Assembly (NCBI GenBank): GCA_043812415.1
Contig: JBDRMF010000015.1
Location: 1-34,985 of the forward strand
DNA from: Patescibacteria group bacterium
Lineage (GTDB): Bacteria > Patescibacteriota > Minisyncoccia > Phycocordibacterales > UBA12079
Reading direction: 5' to 3'
DNA length: 34,985 nucleotides
The notes under the pieces were generated by a model. The model did not search any database. It was not told where the DNA came from and was given only the letters and a program-made list of their open reading frames with translations. Positions 24,346 through 33,081 of this stretch are shown piece by piece. The stretch's first letter is position 1; each line of letters opens with the position of its first letter. The position numbers and the translations under genes were made by a program.

Positions 24346-26007
24346 ATGTCAAAACAAATAAAATATGGTCAAGACGCGCGGATGGCGCTTAAAAAAGGGA
24401 TTGACAAAGTTGCCAACGCCGTGAAAGTGACGATTGGTCCGCGCGGCAAGAATGTTATTTTGGAGAAAAGTTATGGCGGTCCGACCATTACCAATGACGG
24501 CGTGACTATTGCCAAAGATATTTCATTGTCGGACAAGTTTGAAAATATGGGCGCGGAAATTATGAAAGAAGTCGCCTCCAAGACGAATGATACAGCCGGC
24601 GATGGCACGACTACTTCAATTATAATCGCGCGCGCGCTGATTGAAGAAGGAATGAAAAAAATTACTATGGGCATTAACGCGCTGGGAATAAAGGCGGGAA
24701 TTGACCGCGCGACGGAGGAAGCAGTCAAAGAATTAAAAGCGATTGCCCGACCGGTGAGCGAGAAAGAAGAAATCAGGCAAGTCGCGACCATCGCGGCGGA
24801 ATCGGAAGAAATTGGGAAAATTATCGCTGACACAATCAGCAAAGTCGGCAAAGACGGCGTGATAACGGTGGAAGAATCCCAGTCATTTGGCATTGAATCG
24901 GAAGTGGTGGAAGGAATGGAATTTGACCAAGGATATGTTTCGCCCTATATGATTACGAATGTGGAAAGAATGGAAGCGGAGTTCAGGGATTCGGCTATTT
25001 TGCTCACTGACAAAAAGATTTCCTCGGTCAAAGAAATTTTGCCGCTCTTGGAAAAAATGGCGGAGACGGGGAAAAAGGAGTTGGTTATTATCGCCGAGGA
25101 GATTGAGGGCGAAGCATTGGCGACTTTTGTCGTGAATAAATTGCGGGGGGCTTTTAATGTTTTGGCGGTCAAAGCGCCCGGCTATGGAGAAAGAAAAAAG
25201 GAAATGTTGGAAGATATCGCGGCGACCATCGGCGCCAAAGTGGTTACGGAAGATATCGGCTTAAAACTTGAAAAAGCGGGGCTGGATGTTTTGGGCAAGG
25301 CCAATAAAGTGATTGCCACGAAGGACAAAACCGTGCTTGTCGGAGGCAAAGGCAAAAAAGCCGCGATTGAAGCGAGAATTGAACAATTAAAAAAGCAATT
25401 GAAATTAACCGATTCTAAATTTGACGCGGAAAAAATTGAAGAAAGAATCGCGAAACTTTCCGGCGGAGTGGCAGTGGTGAAAGTCGGCGCGTCCACGGAA
25501 ACGGAAATGAAATACCTCAAGCTAAAAATTGAAGACGCTGTGAACGCCACTAAAGCTGCGATTGAAGAGGGGGTTATCCCCGGCGGCGGTTCTGCTTTGG
25601 CGAAAATCGCCCAAAAAATCGGCGGCAAAAAATTCAAATCGCCCCTGGAAGATTTTGAAGAAGAATTTCAAATCGGTTTTGGCTTGCTATTGAAAGCTTT
25701 GGAGGCGCCCTTGAAACAAATAGCGGTGAACGCCGGAAAAGACGACGGCTCTGTCATTTTGGACAAAGTTAAAAGCTCAAAAGGCGCTTGCGGATATGAC
25801 GCCAACAAAGATGAAATTGTTTCCGATATGATTGCCGCAGGCATTATTGACCCGGTTAAAGTGGCGAGGAGTGGCATTCAAAACGCCGCCTCTTCCGCCG
25901 GTATTTTGCTGACAACGGAAGTCGCCATCGCGGACGAACCCAAGAAAGAATCTGAACCGTCCGGCGGAGTGGGCGGCGGGATGTCGGAAATGGGCGGGAT
26001 GATGTGA
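24346..26007 (+). CDS. groEL: chaperonin GroEL
   Basis: 553 aa with AGDGTTTSIIIA and VAVKAPGYGERKK, plus the C-terminal Gly-Met tail GGVGGGMSEMGGMM. Confidence 0.95.
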   Translation: MSKQIKYGQDARMALKKGIDKVANAVKVTIGPRGKNVILEKSYGGPTITNDGVTIAKDISLSDKFENMGAEIMKEVASKTNDTAGDGTTTSIIIARALIEEGMKKITMGINALGIKAGIDRATEEAVKELKAIARPVSEKEEIRQVATIAAESEEIGKIIADTISKVGKDGVITVEESQSFGIESEVVEGMEFDQGYVSPYMITNVERMEAEFRDSAILLTDKKISSVKEILPLLEKMAETGKKELVIIAEEIEGEALATFVVNKLRGAFNVLAVKAPGYGERKKEMLEDIAATIGAKVVTEDIGLKLEKAGLDVLGKANKVIATKDKTVLVGGKGKKAAIEARIEQLKKQLKLTDSKFDAEKIEERIAKLSGGVAVVKVGASTETEMKYLKLKIEDAVNATKAAIEEGVIPGGGSALAKIAQKIGGKKFKSPLEDFEEEFQIGFGLLLKALEAPLKQIAVNAGKDDGSVILDKVKSSKGACGYDANKDEIVSDMIAAGIIDPVKVARSGIQNAASSAGILLTTEVAIADEPKKESEPSGGVGGGMSEMGGMM

Positions 26008-26008
26008 A

Positions 26009-26073
26009 AAAACAAACAGAGCGAAAAAAACGGGTTGCCAAAGGCAACCCGTTTTTTTCGCTCTGTTTGTTTT
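26009..26073 (+). terminator. groEL terminator, 31-bp perfect stem
   Basis: The 26009-26039 arm pairs perfectly with 26043-26073 (checked base by base), with loop AAA. The stem starts 2 nt after the groEL stop and its 3' arm ends in GTTTGTTTT. Confidence 0.85.
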
Positions 26074-26507
26074 AGAATCCTAAACCTGCCTGCCGGCAGG
26101 CAGGTCAAGAATTATGAATTATGAACGGCGTCTGCCTTAGGCAAACGCCGTTTTTAATTTTAATTTGAAATTGTGGCGGATGACGGAGAGATTTATGGCT
26201 ATTTAATTTATGGCTATGCGATAGCCATAATCTGCGGAGGTTCAACCTCCGCACCGCAAATAACCTCCGCAAAAAAGACTCACTTCCGCAAAAAATAAGA
26301 ACCCCCCTACGGTATAGGGGGGAAAAGGAGGGGCTGAAGCCCTTGGTATTAAGAAGCCGCTGTCCCAATTGCTCTTGTTTCGGGGCGCTTTTACAAAAAG
26401 CGACCCGAATCACAGCTAAGCCTCTCAAAGAACTTCAACCGTCGATATGATACCAAGCTCGCTAAAATTTGTCAAATCAAAAAAAGCATTCAACCTGTTG
26501 GCGCAGA

Positions 26508-26603
26508 ATTCTCTCAGTGCTCCAAGCACTAAGAAGAAAATACTTGTTATTTTTGAGTTATCCACAATTTTAATTTACTTAGTGCTTGGAGCACTGAGAG
26601 AAT
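26508..26603. repeat. MITE-like hairpin element with GTGCTCCAAGCAC core (copy 2)
   Basis: 26-bp perfect inverted repeat ATTCTCTCAGTGCTCCAAGCACTAAG (26508-26533 / 26578-26603) around a 44-nt spacer. Its core is shared with 21561-21632. Confidence 0.8.
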
Positions 26604-26749
26604 ATTTGTTTTGTAATTACTCCAATTGATTGGAGTAATTATATAAATTGAAATCTGATAACTGAGATGGCGAAGCGACAAACAATACAAAAATTTGGGG
26701 ATAAAAGCGGGCGGGGTGTTTTCCACTTTTCCACCAGGGCGGTTTTTGC

Positions 26750-26757
26750 TGTATAAT
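26750..26757 (+). promoter_or_regulatory. -10 element TGTATAAT of the ftsW operon (copy B)
   Basis: Same octamer as 3657-3664, 9 nt upstream of the ATG at 26767. Confidence 0.5.
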
Positions 26758-26766
26758 CAAAGGGAA

Positions 26767-27879
26767 ATGTCCCCTAAAAGAAAGTTTGATAAATTTTTCG
26801 CGACGGTTCTGGCTATTTTAATTTTGGTCGGTTTTTTTCTATTTGTTTCGGCGTCTTTAAGTTTGCTGGCAAAAGAGAGCGGCGCGAAATTTTCATCCAT
26901 ATTTTTCAGCCAATTTGTGTTTGGTCTCGCGTTCGGCCTGGTGTTTTTAATTGTTTTTTCAAAAATTCATTACCGCAAATACAAAAAATACGCTTTTTAT
27001 ATTTTTTTGGCCGCGCTGGTCGCGTCGTGTCTTGTGTTTGTTCCCGAGCTGGGTCTTTTCCACGGCGGGGCGAGAAGGTGGCTTTCCATCGCGGGCGTTT
27101 CTTTTCAGCCGGCTGAATTTCTTAAATTCAGTTTTGTGATTTATTTCGCCGCCATCTTGGCGTCTTTCAAGTCCAAATTTTATCATTGGAAATTTAGCAT
27201 TCTGCCCGCTCTGATTATCTTGTCTGTCATCGCTGTTATTTCATATTTTCAACCGGACTTTGGGACATTGCTCATTATTGGAATAACCGCGGTCGCGATG
27301 ATTTTTGTTTCCGGTATTCGTTTCAAGCATCTTGTGATTACCGGCTTATTGATGGCGGTCTGTTTGACGCCGCTCGCGTTTTCAAAGGAATATTCTCGCG
27401 AGAGAATACTAAATTTTTTCAACAACTCTGAAAGCGCGCAAAACGACGAAAATTATCAAATAGAGCAATCGCTTATCGCGATTGGTTCGGGTGGTTTGTT
27501 CGGAAAGGGTTTTGGAAAAAGCGCGCAAAAATTCGGCGTTCTGCCCGAGCCGATGGGGGATTCCATTTTCGCGGTTACAGCCGAAGAGTGGGGCTTTATC
27601 GGCGCGTCGCTTTTGGTTTTGCTTTTTTTCCTGTTCACTTGGCGCGGTTTGAGAATCGCGTCCCGCGCGCCGGATTTATTCGGTAGACTGCTGGCGGTCG
27701 GATTTGTTATACTGATAGCGTCGCAGTCGTTCATAAATATGGGTTCTATGCTGCATATTTTTCCGATTATCGGAATGCCGCTTTTATTTATCAGTCAAGG
27801 GGGAACGGCTCTGCTGTTTGCTTTGGCGGAAGCGGGAATAATTTTGAATGTTTCTAAATATCAGGGGAGCGGCGGTTAG
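26767..27879 (+). CDS. ftsW: FtsW/RodA (SEDS) family peptidoglycan glycosyltransferase, copy B
   Basis: It aligns end to end with copy A and shares the same blocks (QPAEFLK, QPDFGT, IGSGGLFGKGFG, LPEPMGDSIFAVTAEEWGFIG). The start is set at the ATG (MSPKRKFDK) that aligns with copy A. Confidence 0.88.
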   Translation: MSPKRKFDKFFATVLAILILVGFFLFVSASLSLLAKESGAKFSSIFFSQFVFGLAFGLVFLIVFSKIHYRKYKKYAFYIFLAALVASCLVFVPELGLFHGGARRWLSIAGVSFQPAEFLKFSFVIYFAAILASFKSKFYHWKFSILPALIILSVIAVISYFQPDFGTLLIIGITAVAMIFVSGIRFKHLVITGLLMAVCLTPLAFSKEYSRERILNFFNNSESAQNDENYQIEQSLIAIGSGGLFGKGFGKSAQKFGVLPEPMGDSIFAVTAEEWGFIGASLLVLLFFLFTWRGLRIASRAPDLFGRLLAVGFVILIASQSFINMGSMLHIFPIIGMPLLFISQGGTALLFALAEAGIILNVSKYQGSGG

Positions 27880-27900
27880 GAGGTGTTTATTCAACCAAAA

Positions 27901-27980
27901 GAAGTCCGACCTCGGCTATAATAATTCTAAAAGTTGGATAACTAAAAACAAAGTTGGACATAATTAAGAGGTCGGACTTC
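27901..27980. repeat. inverted-repeat element inserted between ftsW and murG of copy B
   Basis: 13-bp inverted repeat GAAGTCCGACCTC / GAGGTCGGACTTC (27901-27913 / 27968-27980). It belongs to the same GAAGTCCGAC word family as 11551-11563 and 11616-11628. Confidence 0.75.
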
Positions 27981-28137
27981 GCGCGGCATAATTTGCCAGT
28001 AAGCAAGTTCATAAGAAAAATATGGCCCATGTTAAATATCATTTGAGTTAAAAGAACTCAAATGACTCAAATTTTTACAAAATTTGATTTAACAGGGCAA
28101 TATTTTTCTAATTCGCCTTGCTCATAAGAAAAATATT

Positions 28138-29274
28138 CTGAAAATAATACTCGCGGGCGGGGGGACGGGGGGACATTTTTATCCTCTAATCGCCGTCGCT
28201 CAAAAAATAAATAAAATTGTCGCGGAACAAAAGCTTTTGAAGCCGAAGCTGTATTATTTGGCTGACAATCCTTACGACAAAAAACTGCTGTTTGAAAATG
28301 AAATTATTTTTAAAAAAATATCAGCCGGAAAATTGCGGAGATATTTTTCAGTTTTGAATTTTTTCGGCGTTTTCAAAACGGGCTGGGGTTTTATCAAAGC
28401 GTTTTTTTTGGTTTTTAATATTTTTCCGGATGTGATTTTCAGCAACGGCGGCAATATCAGTTTTCCTGTTTTATTAAGCGCCAAAATTTTCAAAATTCCT
28501 GTGATTATTCATATTTCCGACGCGGTTCCGGGCCGGACAAATTTGTGGGCGGCGAAATTTGCCCGCAAAGTCGCGGTCGCTTTTCCGGAAGCCGTTGGCC
28601 GTTTGCCGATAGAAAAAGACAAAATTGCCGTGTTGGGCAATCCGGTCAGAGAAGAATTAGTTCATCCACTTTCAGAAGGAGCCGCCGAATTTTTGGGTCT
28701 AAGCAAAGAAATCCCGACTATTTTGGTATTGGGAGGCTCAAGCGGCGCGCAAATTATAAACGAAAATCTTGTGGACATTTTGCCGGAATTGGTTGAGGAA
28801 TACCAAATTATTCACCAAACCGGAAAAAAATTATTTGAGGAAACCAAAGGTCGCGCCGGGGTTGTTTTGGAAAAAAGCGAACACAAAAACAGATACAAAG
28901 CGTTCGCTTATTTGAACACTTTGGCGTTGCGATTGTCGGCGGGGCAGGCGGATTTGGTGATTTCCCGCGCCGGCGCCGGTTCCATTTCGGAAATTGCCGT
29001 CTGGGGACTGCCGAGCATTATTATTCCCATTCCGGAAAGCGTGAGCGGCGACCAAAAGAGCAACGCGTTCGCGTTCGCGCGCGCCGGCGCGGCGGTCGTG
29101 ATTGAGCAGGACAATTTGACGGCCAATTTATTTTTGTCGCAAATAAATAAATTAATGAGAGATGAAGACAGCCGAAAAAAAATGGGGGAGAACGCTCGAA
29201 AATTTGCGCGCGCCGGCGCGGCCGAAAAAATCGCCGCGGAAATTATCAATATCGCTTTAGAACATGCAGACTAA
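28138..29274 (+). CDS. murG: MurG, copy B, with non-canonical (CTG/ATT) start or N-terminally damaged
   Basis: The frame is open from 28093. Codons 28138-28236 encode LKIILAGGGTGGHFYPLIAVAQKINKIVAEQKL, which aligns with the copy A N-terminus including the G-loop. There is no ATG/GTG/TTG before the TTG at 28237 that the ORF track uses. CTG at 28138 aligns exactly with the ATG of copy A. Confidence 0.75.
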   Translation: MKIILAGGGTGGHFYPLIAVAQKINKIVAEQKLLKPKLYYLADNPYDKKLLFENEIIFKKISAGKLRRYFSVLNFFGVFKTGWGFIKAFFLVFNIFPDVIFSNGGNISFPVLLSAKIFKIPVIIHISDAVPGRTNLWAAKFARKVAVAFPEAVGRLPIEKDKIAVLGNPVREELVHPLSEGAAEFLGLSKEIPTILVLGGSSGAQIINENLVDILPELVEEYQIIHQTGKKLFEETKGRAGVVLEKSEHKNRYKAFAYLNTLALRLSAGQADLVISRAGAGSISEIAVWGLPSIIIPIPESVSGDQKSNAFAFARAGAAVVIEQDNLTANLFLSQINKLMRDEDSRKKMGENARKFARAGAAEKIAAEIINIALEHAD

Positions 29275-30643
29275 CAACCATACGAAAATAATTCGGACGA
29301 GAATCGCTCCGTCTCCGACGGGATTTTTGCATATTGGCACCGCCCGCACGGCGTTTTTTAATTATATTTTCGCGAAGCAAAACAACGGGCAAATAATTTT
29401 AAGAATTGAGGATACGGACAAAGACCGCTCAAAAAAAGAATTTGAAGACAGCATTGTGAACGGATTTGAATGGCTCAATATCAAATTTGACGAAACTTAC
29501 CGCCAGTCGGACAGAACGGAAATACACAAAAAATATTTGGAGTCGTTGCTTGCCGCGGACAAAGCTTTTCTCTCAAAAGAACAAGACCAAGATACGGGAG
29601 CGGCCGCGGGTAAACGAAGCGAAGTTATTCGTTTTAGAAATCCCCGCGAAAAAATTTCATTTGAAGACAAAGTGCGAGGGACGGTGGAATTTGACACGGC
29701 GGAGTTGGGGGATTTCGTGATTGCCAAAAGTTTGGATGAACCTCTGTATAATTTTGCGGCGGTCGTGGACGATTTTGAAATGAACATCAGTCATATCATT
29801 CGCGGCGAAGACCACATTTCCAACACGCCGCGGCAAATTCTTTTGCAGGAAGCTCTTGGCTTACCGCGTCCGATTTACGCGCATCTGCCGCTGATTTTAT
29901 CTTCCGACCGGTCCAAAATGTCCAAACGAGGCGGGGCGAAAGATATCTGCCAGTATAAAGAGACGGGCTATTTGCCGGAAGCGCTTTTGAATTATTTAAT
30001 TCTGTTGGGCTGGAATCCGGGCACCGAGCAAGAAATTTTTTCTTTTGAGGAGTTATTGGAAAAATTTGATTTGACAAAAATACAAAAAGGCGGCGCGGTT
30101 TTTGACGCTCAAAAGTTGAATTGGGTCAATAAAGAATACATCAAGTTGTTGGACAGCGAAAATTTCAAACAAAAAGTTTTGGAATTTTTGCCGGAAGCGA
30201 ACAAAAAAATGGCGGCGGCGGACAACGGGAAATTTGAAAAAATTTTGCCGCTGATTCGGGAAAGAATTGAAAAATTTGAAGATGTCGGCGAATTGTCTCG
30301 GGCGGGGGATTTGAATTATTATTTCGTCCAGCCGAAATATGAGACGGAAAAATTATTATGGAAAGGAGAGAATGATTTAACGCGGGTCAAAACTCGCTTT
30401 GAAAAAATATGCAAGTTGTTGGAGAAAGTGAGCGATTTTTCGGCGGACAATCTCAAGCGAAATATTTGGCCTTTCGCGGAAGAAGAGGGGAGAGGGGCGG
30501 TATTGTGGCCAATGAGATACGCTTTGTCAGGCAAAGACAAAACGCCGGACCCTTTTTCGCTGGCTGAAATTTTGGGCAAAGAAGAAACTATCAAACGCCT
30601 CAATTATGCCATTCAAAAAATTATTTCAACAAATAATACCTAA
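29264..30643 (+). CDS. gltX: glutamyl-tRNA synthetase, copy B
   Basis: 459 aa with HIGTARTA (HIGH), KMSKR (KMSKS) and RGEDHISNTPRQ. The 11-nt overlap with murG matches copy A. Confidence 0.92.
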   Translation: MQTNNHTKIIRTRIAPSPTGFLHIGTARTAFFNYIFAKQNNGQIILRIEDTDKDRSKKEFEDSIVNGFEWLNIKFDETYRQSDRTEIHKKYLESLLAADKAFLSKEQDQDTGAAAGKRSEVIRFRNPREKISFEDKVRGTVEFDTAELGDFVIAKSLDEPLYNFAAVVDDFEMNISHIIRGEDHISNTPRQILLQEALGLPRPIYAHLPLILSSDRSKMSKRGGAKDICQYKETGYLPEALLNYLILLGWNPGTEQEIFSFEELLEKFDLTKIQKGGAVFDAQKLNWVNKEYIKLLDSENFKQKVLEFLPEANKKMAAADNGKFEKILPLIRERIEKFEDVGELSRAGDLNYYFVQPKYETEKLLWKGENDLTRVKTRFEKICKLLEKVSDFSADNLKRNIWPFAEEEGRGAVLWPMRYALSGKDKTPDPFSLAEILGKEETIKRLNYAIQKIISTNNT

Positions 30644-31988
30644 ATCTAAACACTTGGGAATAGCATTCCCAAGTACTTGGGAATGCTATTCCCAAGTAGC
30701 GATTTTTTTAATTTTAATTTCGGTTATTGTGACGGCGGGGTTAATTTGTCCGGTTGGTCTAAACGCGTCTCAAATTGACGAGTTAAAGTCCAAAATTTCC
30801 GAAAAAAGTTCGGAAATGCAAAAATTGGAAGAAGAAATAAATGTTTGGGAGAAAGAGCTCACAGCGGTGGGGGAGGAAAAACAAAGTTTAAACAAAGAAA
30901 TAAATTATCTCAATTTAACGGGGAAAAAATTGAATTCCGATATTTCTCTGACAACTAACCAAATAAATGCCACTGGTTTGGAAATTCAAAAATTGGGAAT
31001 TGAAATTGACACTCAGGAAATAGAAATCCAAAAAAATTCCGGCGCTTTGTCTGAAGCGATGCGCGTGATTAACGAACAGGAAGAATATTCATTTTTGGAA
31101 TCAATTTTGGCGCAAGAGACTCTCGCGGAATTTTGGAATGATTTGGAAAATCTGCAAAAAGTTCAAATCGGGATAAAAGAAAAAACCGCCGCTCTGAAAG
31201 AATTAAAAGAAGAATTAATCTCCAGCAAAACACAATTAGAACAAAAGACGCAAGACCTCTCTGTTTATCAATCCGAACTGTCCGACCAGAAAGAAATCGT
31301 GGAAAGCAACCAGTCGGCCAAAAATAATTTGCTGGCGGCGACGAAGAGCAAGGAATCAAATTATCAAAAAATTTTGGACGAGAAGCTCGCGTTAAAAGAG
31401 CGGTTTGAAGCCGAATTGAGAGCCTATGAAGACCAACTGCGGCTGGCGGTTGACCCCGGCAGTATTCCGAAAGCCGGTTTTAGCGTTTTGGCGTGGCCGG
31501 TTGATAATGTTTATATTACCCAGTTTTTCGGGCAAACGCCGTTCGCGACCGCCAATCCGCAAGTCTATGGCAGTGGGGGACACAACGGAGTTGATTTTCG
31601 GGCTTCGGTCGGAACAAAAATAAAAACGGCGTTAAGCGGAACGGTTGTGGCGGTTGGGAACACAGATGATTCTTGTCCGAGCGCTTCCTACGGAAAGTGG
31701 GTTTTTGTGAGGCATAATAACGGGCTGTCCACTCTGTACGCGCATTTGTCTTTAATTAAAGTGAGCGGCGGACAAATTTTGACGACGGGGGATGTAGTCG
31801 GGTACAGCGGCAACACAGGATATTCAACCGGTCCGCATTTGCATTTCGGAGTGTACGCGACGGAGGGCGTGGAAGTAAAAGAATACAGTTTTAAGTCCTG
31901 CGCGGGCAAGTCAACTGTGATGCCGCTGGTGACTCGCCGCGACGCTTATCTTAATCCACTTTCATATTTGCCGGAATATAAGAATTGA
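30606..31988 (+). CDS. coiled-coil M23 (LytM/EnvC-like) peptidase, copy B
   Basis: Same architecture as 7264-8667, with HNGVDFRA and GPHLHFGV. The 38-nt overlap with gltX is conserved. Confidence 0.85.
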   Translation: MPFKKLFQQIIPKSKHLGIAFPSTWECYSQVAIFLILISVIVTAGLICPVGLNASQIDELKSKISEKSSEMQKLEEEINVWEKELTAVGEEKQSLNKEINYLNLTGKKLNSDISLTTNQINATGLEIQKLGIEIDTQEIEIQKNSGALSEAMRVINEQEEYSFLESILAQETLAEFWNDLENLQKVQIGIKEKTAALKELKEELISSKTQLEQKTQDLSVYQSELSDQKEIVESNQSAKNNLLAATKSKESNYQKILDEKLALKERFEAELRAYEDQLRLAVDPGSIPKAGFSVLAWPVDNVYITQFFGQTPFATANPQVYGSGGHNGVDFRASVGTKIKTALSGTVVAVGNTDDSCPSASYGKWVFVRHNNGLSTLYAHLSLIKVSGGQILTTGDVVGYSGNTGYSTGPHLHFGVYATEGVEVKEYSFKSCAGKSTVMPLVTRRDAYLNPLSYLPEYKN

Positions 31989-32043
31989 TGTTAAAATAAA
32001 AAAATTAAATGGTGGTTATGGTAAAATTTAAAAAATTAAAAAA

Positions 32044-32352
32044 ATGAATTTTAAAAACAACAAGGGATTTATCAAATGGCTTTTTCTTATTTTACTGGCG
32101 GTGATTGCGCTGGGTTATTTTGGATTTGATTTAAGAACGATTATTGAGTCGGAACCTGTTCAGGATAATTTATCTTATTTGTGGGGGATAGGGGTGACTG
32201 TTTGGAATGAATATCTCTCCCAGCCGGTTTTGTATTTTTGGCACAATATCTTTATTGATTTGCTGTGGGAGACTTTTGTTGAAAATATGGAACGGCTCAA
32301 AGCCGGGCAAGCGACCACGGCCGAACAATTGGCGCCGGAAATTATGCGATAA
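32044..32352 (+). CDS. conserved small membrane protein (hypothetical), copy B
   Basis: 102 aa, collinear with 8806-9129. Confidence 0.65.
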   Translation: MNFKNNKGFIKWLFLILLAVIALGYFGFDLRTIIESEPVQDNLSYLWGIGVTVWNEYLSQPVLYFWHNIFIDLLWETFVENMERLKAGQATTAEQLAPEIMR

Positions 32353-32385
32353 ATATGAATTATGTATTATGAATTATGAATTAAG

Positions 32386-32410
32386 AAAAATTTGCGAGAC
32401 AAATTTTTTT
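32386..32410 (+). terminator. rho-independent terminator after the membrane protein gene (copy B)
   Basis: 9-bp stem AAAAATTTG/CAAATTTTT with loop CGAGA, followed by a T tract. It is nested inside a 17-bp perfect inverted repeat ATGAATTATGAATTAAG / CTTAATTCATAATTCAT (32369-32385 / 32418-32434). Confidence 0.6.
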
Positions 32411-32454
32411 CTTGACGCTTAATTCATAATTCATAATTCTTAATTCTTTTTCAT

Positions 32455-32574
32455 ATGTGGGAAAAAATTTTAATTATATTTTTGACCGTGTTCGCGATTT
32501 TTTTATACGCGCTCACGGTTCATATTAATAAGGTTGTGGATGACCCCATTATTAAAGAAAATTTGGATATTTAG
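32455..32574 (+). CDS. conserved 39-aa hydrophobic micro-protein, copy B (absent from the ORF track)
   Basis: ATG at 32455, TAG at 32572-32574. It encodes MWEKILIIFLTVFAIFLYALTVHINKVVDDPIIKENLDI, 26/39 identical to the copy at 9223-9342 with no indels. Confidence 0.55.
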   Translation: MWEKILIIFLTVFAIFLYALTVHINKVVDDPIIKENLDI

Positions 32575-32675
32575 AATTAAAAATTGAAGATTAAAAATTA
32601 GAATTGAAACTTGTTTGCTGACTGGCAAACCAAAAAGGTAATCTTCTCCGCGGTTGGATATTAAAACTCTTAAAT

Positions 32676-32787
32676 CGCAATTTTGGGCTTCGTTTTGACC
32701 TTAAAATTGGCGAATTCTAGGGTTGGTTAAATACAGTGATTTTTAGGGCAAAAGATTGGTAATGTCGCAAAAGGTATATTGTGCGAC
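32676..32787. other. conserved non-coding box pair (candidate sRNA or regulatory element), copy B
   Basis: Box A (32676-32694) and box B (32762-32787) are identical to copy A. The spacer is 67 nt here against 88 nt in copy A. Confidence 0.35.
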
Positions 32788-32989
32788 GGTATATTTATTT
32801 AACCCCCTACCTTTCCTCTCTCCCCGACCCCCGCGCTTAAAATATATTGTTTTTGCTTACGACAAATTTTTACAGTCGCAATTTTATTCTTACCCCCTTC
32901 CCTTTGTCTATTGAAAAATTAAAAAAAATCGGAGGTTCAACCTCCGCAGTTGCTTGTTTTGCCGCCAAACTGTATCCCCTATTTTTTGA

Positions 32990-33017
32990 TTGACAAATGT
33001 TGAGATTATGATATGAT
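32990..33017 (+). promoter_or_regulatory. promoter of the receiver-domain gene
   Basis: TTGACA (32990-32995), a 16-nt spacer, then TATGAT (33012-33017). The downstream AAAGGAG Shine-Dalgarno at 33065-33071 precedes ATG 33082. Confidence 0.5.
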
Positions 33018-33081
33018 TTTATTTGAAAGTTTGTCCTTCAAAATTGAAAATTCAACCAAAACCAAAAGGAGACGCGGACAG

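Noticed and set aside
24471-24893. Long antisense ORFs inside well-supported genes. Examples are 24471-24893, 25182-25637, 19098-19508, 19731-20060, 20481-20912, 5023-5400, 5455-5868, 28908-29249 and 29497-29787.
   Set aside because: They lie entirely within, and opposite to, genes with strong family signatures (groEL, P-type ATPase, murG, gltX). Their translations are low-complexity, Ser/Ala/Ile/Phe-rich and show no motifs. These are typical shadow ORFs.
26233-26253. tRNA T-arm-like sequence GCGGAGGTTCAACCTCCGC, also at 32930-32946.
   Set aside because: It is a 7-bp stem with a 5-nt loop rather than a 5-bp stem with a 7-nt TPsiC loop. No acceptor, D or anticodon arms flank it, and it recurs as a dispersed hairpin repeat. 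I found no tRNA in the window.
26105-26428. 107-aa minus-strand ORF between groEL and ftsW-B.
   Set aside because: It spans a chain of unrelated hairpin repeats: CCTGCC palindrome, TTATGGCTAT dyad, GGAGGTTCAACCTCC hairpin and CCCCCCTA/TAGGGGGG. It is Arg/Leu/Ser-rich with no motif, so it is most likely non-coding repeat DNA.
26330-26460. GGGGCTGA, the typical tmRNA 5' start, followed by a roughly 110-nt region closed by CTTGGTAT/ATACCAAG.
   Set aside because: It has no tRNA-like 3' end (no GGTTCGA-type T-arm and no CCA context). It also lacks a tag reading frame, pseudoknot signatures and any SRP or RNase P conserved motif. The long-range pairing is only 8 bp. It remains an unexplained structured spacer.
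26508-26603. Superficial resemblance of TTAGTGCTCCAAGCACTAA to the CIRCE heat-shock operator (TTAGCACTC-N9-GAGTGCTAA), near groESL.
   Set aside because: The arm sequence differs (GTGCT against GCACT orientation) and the spacing is 3 nt rather than 9. The element lies downstream of groEL, not between the promoter and groES. The groES promoter region (23692-23766) has no such repeat.
33013-33081. N-terminal 23 codons of the ORF-track version of the receiver gene (MILFESLSFKIENSTKTKRRRGQ).
   Set aside because: The ATG at 33013 lies inside the predicted -10 element. A strong AAAGGAG Shine-Dalgarno precedes the ATG at 33082, and receiver domains begin with the MKKIMIVDDE-type strand.
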